This document shows, piece after piece, positions 63,960 to 64,000 of a DNA stretch of 64,000 nucleotides. Each line of letters begins with the position of its first letter. Position 1 is the stretch's first letter. The stretch is from sequence record MN871451.1; one strand, written 5' to 3'. Both the position numbers and the translations under genes were made by a program. Under the pieces are notes generated by a model. That model worked only from the letters and a program-made list of their open reading frames with translations. It searched no databases and was not told the origin of the DNA.

Positions 63960-64000
63960 CGAAAATATAAAAAGAGAGGGTTACCCCTCTCTTTTTTTTT

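Noticed and set aside
1-64000. tRNA, rRNA, CRISPR array, integrase, transposase
   Set aside because: I saw no cloverleaf with a proper T-loop and acceptor stem, no regularly spaced direct repeats and no recombinase motifs by eye; tRNAscan-SE and a CRISPR finder should confirm.

Overview
This window is part of a phiKZ-related (Chimalliviridae-type) jumbo myophage genome. The host is probably enterobacterial, inferred from E. coli-type PhoH and YgiB homologs and a P22-like tailspike head-binding domain. The right end (51.4-62.8 kb) holds the conserved core block: endolysin, tail tube, tail sheath, three virion/baseplate genes and the terminase large subunit. The rest is a dense + strand accessory region driven by a recurring TATAT-N-RC-N4-NTG promoter-like motif. 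It is interrupted by isolated - strand islands that look late: two tailspikes, a glycosyltransferase pair, a head-protein paralog and a membrane protein. Recognisable auxiliary genes are DHFR, a Prs-like plus Nampt-like pair (NARP1-type NAD+ reconstitution architecture), thymidine kinase, PhoH, a RelA/SpoT-type HD hydrolase, a DHH phosphoesterase, a HAD phosphatase, a SLOG/DprA-like protein, a HigA-like HTH protein and a YgiB/DUF1190 lipoprotein. The most striking observations are: (1) a free-standing 55-aa peptide, missed by the ORF track, ending in the redox tail motif of class Ia ribonucleotide reductase (DDCEGGACKI); (2) a three-gene secreted pilin/chaperone-like module; (3) a late-looking two-gene, three-domain glycosyltransferase module resembling phage virion-glycosylation enzymes; (4) a roughly 200-nt multi-stem candidate ncRNA inside a cluster of membrane microproteins. 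I saw no tRNA, CRISPR array, integrase or transposase. All family assignments come from motif recognition by eye; no database searches were run.
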